Below the pieces are notes generated by a model. That model saw nothing but the letters and a program-made list of their open reading frames with translations, was not told where the DNA came from and did not search any database. From Schmidtea nova (taxonomy: Eukaryota), in assembly GCA_044892505.1 (NCBI GenBank), contig CM097882.1:315580001-315644000 (forward strand): a stretch of DNA of 64,000 nt, read 5' to 3'. The position numbers and the translations under genes were made by a program. This document shows, piece by piece, positions 60,498-64,000 of the stretch (within the stretch, counting starts at the first letter, position 1; every line of letters starts with the position of its first letter).

Positions 60498-60846
60498 CAG
60501 CTTTTATAAAAAATAAATAATATTAAAATTGAAAAAAATAATAAGTGTTATCCTTACCACTTTTCAACTTACTTTCTTTTAAGGACATTTTTTAGATATA
60601 AACTATGATAGAATGTTCATACTATATATATAGTATGATAGAAACACTCATCTTGTACAAAATAATACACATTAAACCAATCAGATTCAAGCATGCACAA
60701 CATGTTTTTATTCTCGAAATACACACTCAACCAATCAGAATCGTGTATTTCCATTGCATGAATATTGCAGTAATGAGTCACATGTTAGTATGAAATCAAC
60801 AAAGGCTTTATCGTCGATAATTAATTTTATATCGTTAATAATATTA

Positions 60847-61235
60847 TCAACTATATTTGAATAGTCTGTTTTTTAATCCTAATATGACTAATTTACCACT
60901 TGCAAATATATTTACACACATGGGATTATATTTGATATATCTCAAAGCTGGAAATAATTCTGGCTCGTAAACACATTCTATCAATTTAGATAATTTATTT
61001 AAATTACAAATAAATCCTAAATCTGCAGTTACAGTTATCGATTGTATTGTTAAATCGTAAAACTTTACTTTTCATCACTAATAAATTCCTTGCATCCCAT
61101 TATTCTATATCTGCCTCTCTTAGAGTATATTATAGGATACTTCCCACTTCTATCTACAATTTGCTGTGGTTTCCCATATGAAAATTTCATGTGTGATACA
61201 TCTGTCTTATCCTTATAATTAATGTTTCTAATCAT
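60847..61235 (-). pseudogene. TBP-like gene of copy 2 (in-frame stop/frameshift)
   Basis: GKPQQIVDR, YRIMGCK, IQSITVT, YEPELFPAL, NPMCVNIFASGKLVILG. Confidence 0.85.
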
Positions 61236-61341
61236 TACTGAAAATATTTTTAAATGAAACAAATACAATGACAACTAGTATTTATAACAAATATAAACAA
61301 TAATACTAATTTAATATAATTTTTAAATATGGAATTAAGAA

Positions 61342-61955
61342 ATGATGCTAATAATGATGCAAATTGTTGGTCCGAGCGGGAGTGGAAAAACTTTATTAGT
61401 TTGTAAATTATTACAATCGAAATTATTCAAATCTAAATTCAATAAAATTTATTGGAATAGGGGCGCTGACGATGAACAGGGAATGACTCAAGATCAATTT
61501 TGTAAAATAAAAATGACAATCATAAAAGGTTTCGATAAAAACTGGTCATCTAGATTACGCCAAGGAGATGTGATTATTATTGATGACTTGTATCAAGAAG
61601 CCAACAAAGAAAAGGACTTTAATAATTTATTTACGAAAATCAGTAGACACAAAAGCGTTACAGTTATTTTTATCACTCAGAATTTATTTCATCAGAGCGG
61701 TAGTCATCGAACCCGCAATTTAAATGTTCAATATCTGCTGTTTTTAAAAATCCTAGAGATGCAACAGTTATTGACTTTCTGGCAAGACAAGCTTACGTTT
61801 CTAATCGTAACTTCCTAATTGATGCGTTTCAAGATGCTACAAAATCTCCTCATGGATATATTTTCCTAGATTTCACGCAACAATGCAATGATGATTTAAG
61901 AGTTAGAACTGATATTTTTAACAAGGAAGGAGCCATGGTTTATAAACAAAGTTAA
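61342..61955 (+). pseudogene. A32-like packaging ATPase (one frameshift)
   Basis: Walker A GPSGSGKT, Walker B VIIIDDL, ISRH..VIFITQNLF. Confidence 0.93.
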
Positions 61956-61975
61956 ATTGATTTACAGTACTAATA

Positions 61976-62513
61976 ATGTTAATGAAATCTCGAGTAAAGT
62001 TTGAGCGATTGATAAAAGCTAGAAAAACAATGAAAATGGGTAAGAAAGCGGGTAGAAAATTGAGAAAGAAATCGAGAAAGAAATCAGTTTCAAAAACCAG
62101 TTATACACCGTCGAAAAAACTAATTATGGATAATATTCCCAAGAGTAATCAAATTTCAATTAATATGAAATCTAATCCTAAACAAATACATCATCGGAGT
62201 TTACCATTTTTTAATGCATTGCTTAAAGCCCCCAGTGTTAGAAAAATGGGTATTCTGCAATCGTTTCCTAATTACGTCATTGATGAGTTACTCGCTATTT
62301 TAATTAAAGTCGTTAGAGGTAAAATGAATTTAAGTCCATCTAATCGACGGGTTTTGAACAAGCATAAAACCATTGTTACCACTTCTAAAAACAAAAAATC
62401 GAAAACTTATGCCCAAAATAATATATAAACAACAAGGAGGATTTATCACAGCATTGTTACCACTAGCTTTATCATTATTGGGAGGTGCTGCTTTATTAGG
62501 AAAAAGGTCATAA
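61976..62513 (+). pseudogene. Basic core-like protein with adenovirus pX-like C-terminal GGF-hydrophobic motif
   Basis: The frameshifted tail reads KQQGGFITALLPLALSLLGG, resembling adenovirus pX GGFLPALIP. Confidence 0.6.
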
Positions 62514-62516
62514 ACA

Positions 62517-62738
62517 ATGGGTCAATCATTACCTAATCTAAATTTAAACTTTAAATCTTCTTGTTGTAATGGAGAAGATCTGGACGAACCCAAAAGACGA
62601 CGCCGGTTTCGGTGGAGTCGAAAGGCTAAGGTAAAAAATACAGAAGTCGAAACAACAGACACAAAGTTGGTTATCGGGGCAACCTGCATACAGTCTAAAC
62701 AAACCAATGCTGAAACAGTTTCCAACTCGAGCATATAA
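62517..62738 (+). CDS. Small ORF overprinted on the integrase 5' end (MGQS.., SSCC, PKRRRR)
   Basis: ATG lies 3 nt after the pX-like stop; overlaps the integrase frame from 62569. Confidence 0.4.
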   Translation: MGQSLPNLNLNFKSSCCNGEDLDEPKRRRRFRWSRKAKVKNTEVETTDTKLVIGATCIQSKQTNAETVSNSSI

Positions 62739-63613
62739 AACGTATAGAATCAATGATTTGTGGCAAATGGATTTAATGGAAATGATTCCGTATTCGGCAA
62801 TTAACAAGGGATACAGGTATATTTTACCATGTATTGATGTTTACAGTCGTTTTGCTCGGGCCGCCGCAGGTAAATCTAAATCTGCTAATGACATGGTAGA
62901 GCCAATCAAGGCAATGATGAAAAAGGATCGTCCAACTAATTTACAAACCGATTTGGGTAAGTTTAAAAAGAAATTTAAATATTTAATATATTTTAGGAAA
63001 GGAATTTTACAACAGTAAAGTCGAGAAAGCTATTAAGGGAATAAATCATTATTCGGTATTCTCTCAATTCAAAGCAGCTCATGTCGAGTGATTTAATCGA
63101 ACTTTACGTGATCGCTTGAAAAAATACTTTGTTCACAAAGGCAATAAAACCTGGATTAATGTTTTACCACAAATGATTCACAGTTATAATCATAGTGCTC
63201 ATCGGGGTATAAATGGTAGGAAACCGGTCGAAGTAGTTGATACTGAAAATACTTTGAATGATACGAAAATAAAGAAACCAAAATATAAAATAGGTGATCA
63301 TGTTCGAATTAGTAAAATTAGTGCATCGCCATTCATTAAACATTTTGATAGTAATTGGAGTGATGATGTATATCAAATATCGAAAGTCAACACATTGCAG
63401 AATCTTGTCATGTATACTATTTCTGACTCTGATAACAATATAGTCAGTGGTAAATTCTACGAACAAGAATTACAAGTTATACCCCCACCCACAATATTTA
63501 GAATTCAAAATATACTGAAAACTAAAATGGTGGGTAAGGATAAACAATACTATGTCAAATGGCAGGGATATAAAGAACCATCATGGATATCATCAAAAAA
63601 CCTCGTAAAATGA
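62569..63613 (+). pseudogene. Polinton integrase with chromodomain; 40-nt intron 62957-62996; two stops
   Basis: MEKIWTNPKDDAGFGGV, WLSGQPAYSLNKP, LWQMDL, CIDVYSR, LQTDLG|KEFYN, YVKWQGY. Confidence 0.92.
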
Positions 63614-64000
63614 ATTTTTATATTATTTTACCTAGTAACAGTTGTCCCGATATACTTCCAGATAATACTGCCAGTAAATTCATGGTCAATCTCCAAAATC
63701 CGATGTATTTGGACGGGATTTGGGATGTCGCTCTCTTAGACTTTACATTTGTGTATAATCAATTTCCATTTTACAGTAAATCCGAAATTCGATAAAAAAT
63801 GAAAACTATGCACACAAAATATAAAATTTTGATTATTGACAATCGAGTTGATCAAGTTGATATATCTAATCCTGCCGATGATATTGCTCAATTAAGTAGT
63901 GATAAGCATTTTATTTATTTTACCTGTGATTATTTTCCCTTCACTATAACATTCGATACTTTGACAATGGCGAAAAGAATGTTATTAACGAAACAGAGTA
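63610..64000 (+). pseudogene. Polinton minor capsid (penton) 5' part
   Basis: MNFYIILPSNS..NTASKFMVNL..LDGIWDVAL; ATGA overlap with the integrase stop. Confidence 0.85.

Larger units (their letters stand above)
60003..64000 (+). mobile_element. Polinton/Maverick copy 2 (runs off the window end; may extend left to ~57 kb)
   Basis: Same gene order as copy 1 in inverted orientation: CxxC gene, TBP-like, ATPase, core-like, integrase, penton. Confidence 0.92.

Overview
This is very AT-rich eukaryotic (animal) repeat-dense DNA with two N-gaps. The host is not identifiable from sequence alone. Host introns of 41-46 nt and the element spectrum are compatible with a flatworm-like genome, but that is inference. 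The only clear host gene is the 3' part of an HDDC2-like gene (55580-55966). The rest is nested mobile elements. (1) Two diverged, decayed Polinton/Maverick (adintovirus-like) copies lie at about 2.9-11.7 kb and 57/59-64 kb. Both carry a TBP-like gene, a shared CxxC orphan gene and an integrase split by a micro-intron at the same codon. (2) An accessory-gene-rich Gypsy-type LTR element (11.7-21 kb) is inserted in the Polinton PolB. It carries an ORF with CARD-like, two ubiquitin-like and Bcl-2-like segments, a gB/chuvirus-type env fragment, an FN3-like membrane protein and an apparently catalytically dead REX4/ISG20-like exonuclease. (3) There is a second Gypsy element and several related LTRs sharing conserved hairpin cassettes. 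(4) Sola1 and Zator elements are nested in a Tigger/pogo element; there are also two Merlin elements, hAT and MULE remnants. (5) An array of covarying bulged hairpins with TAR-like architecture sits downstream of an LTR/PBS at 52.4-52.7 kb. All domain calls are by-eye motif recognition, not database searches.
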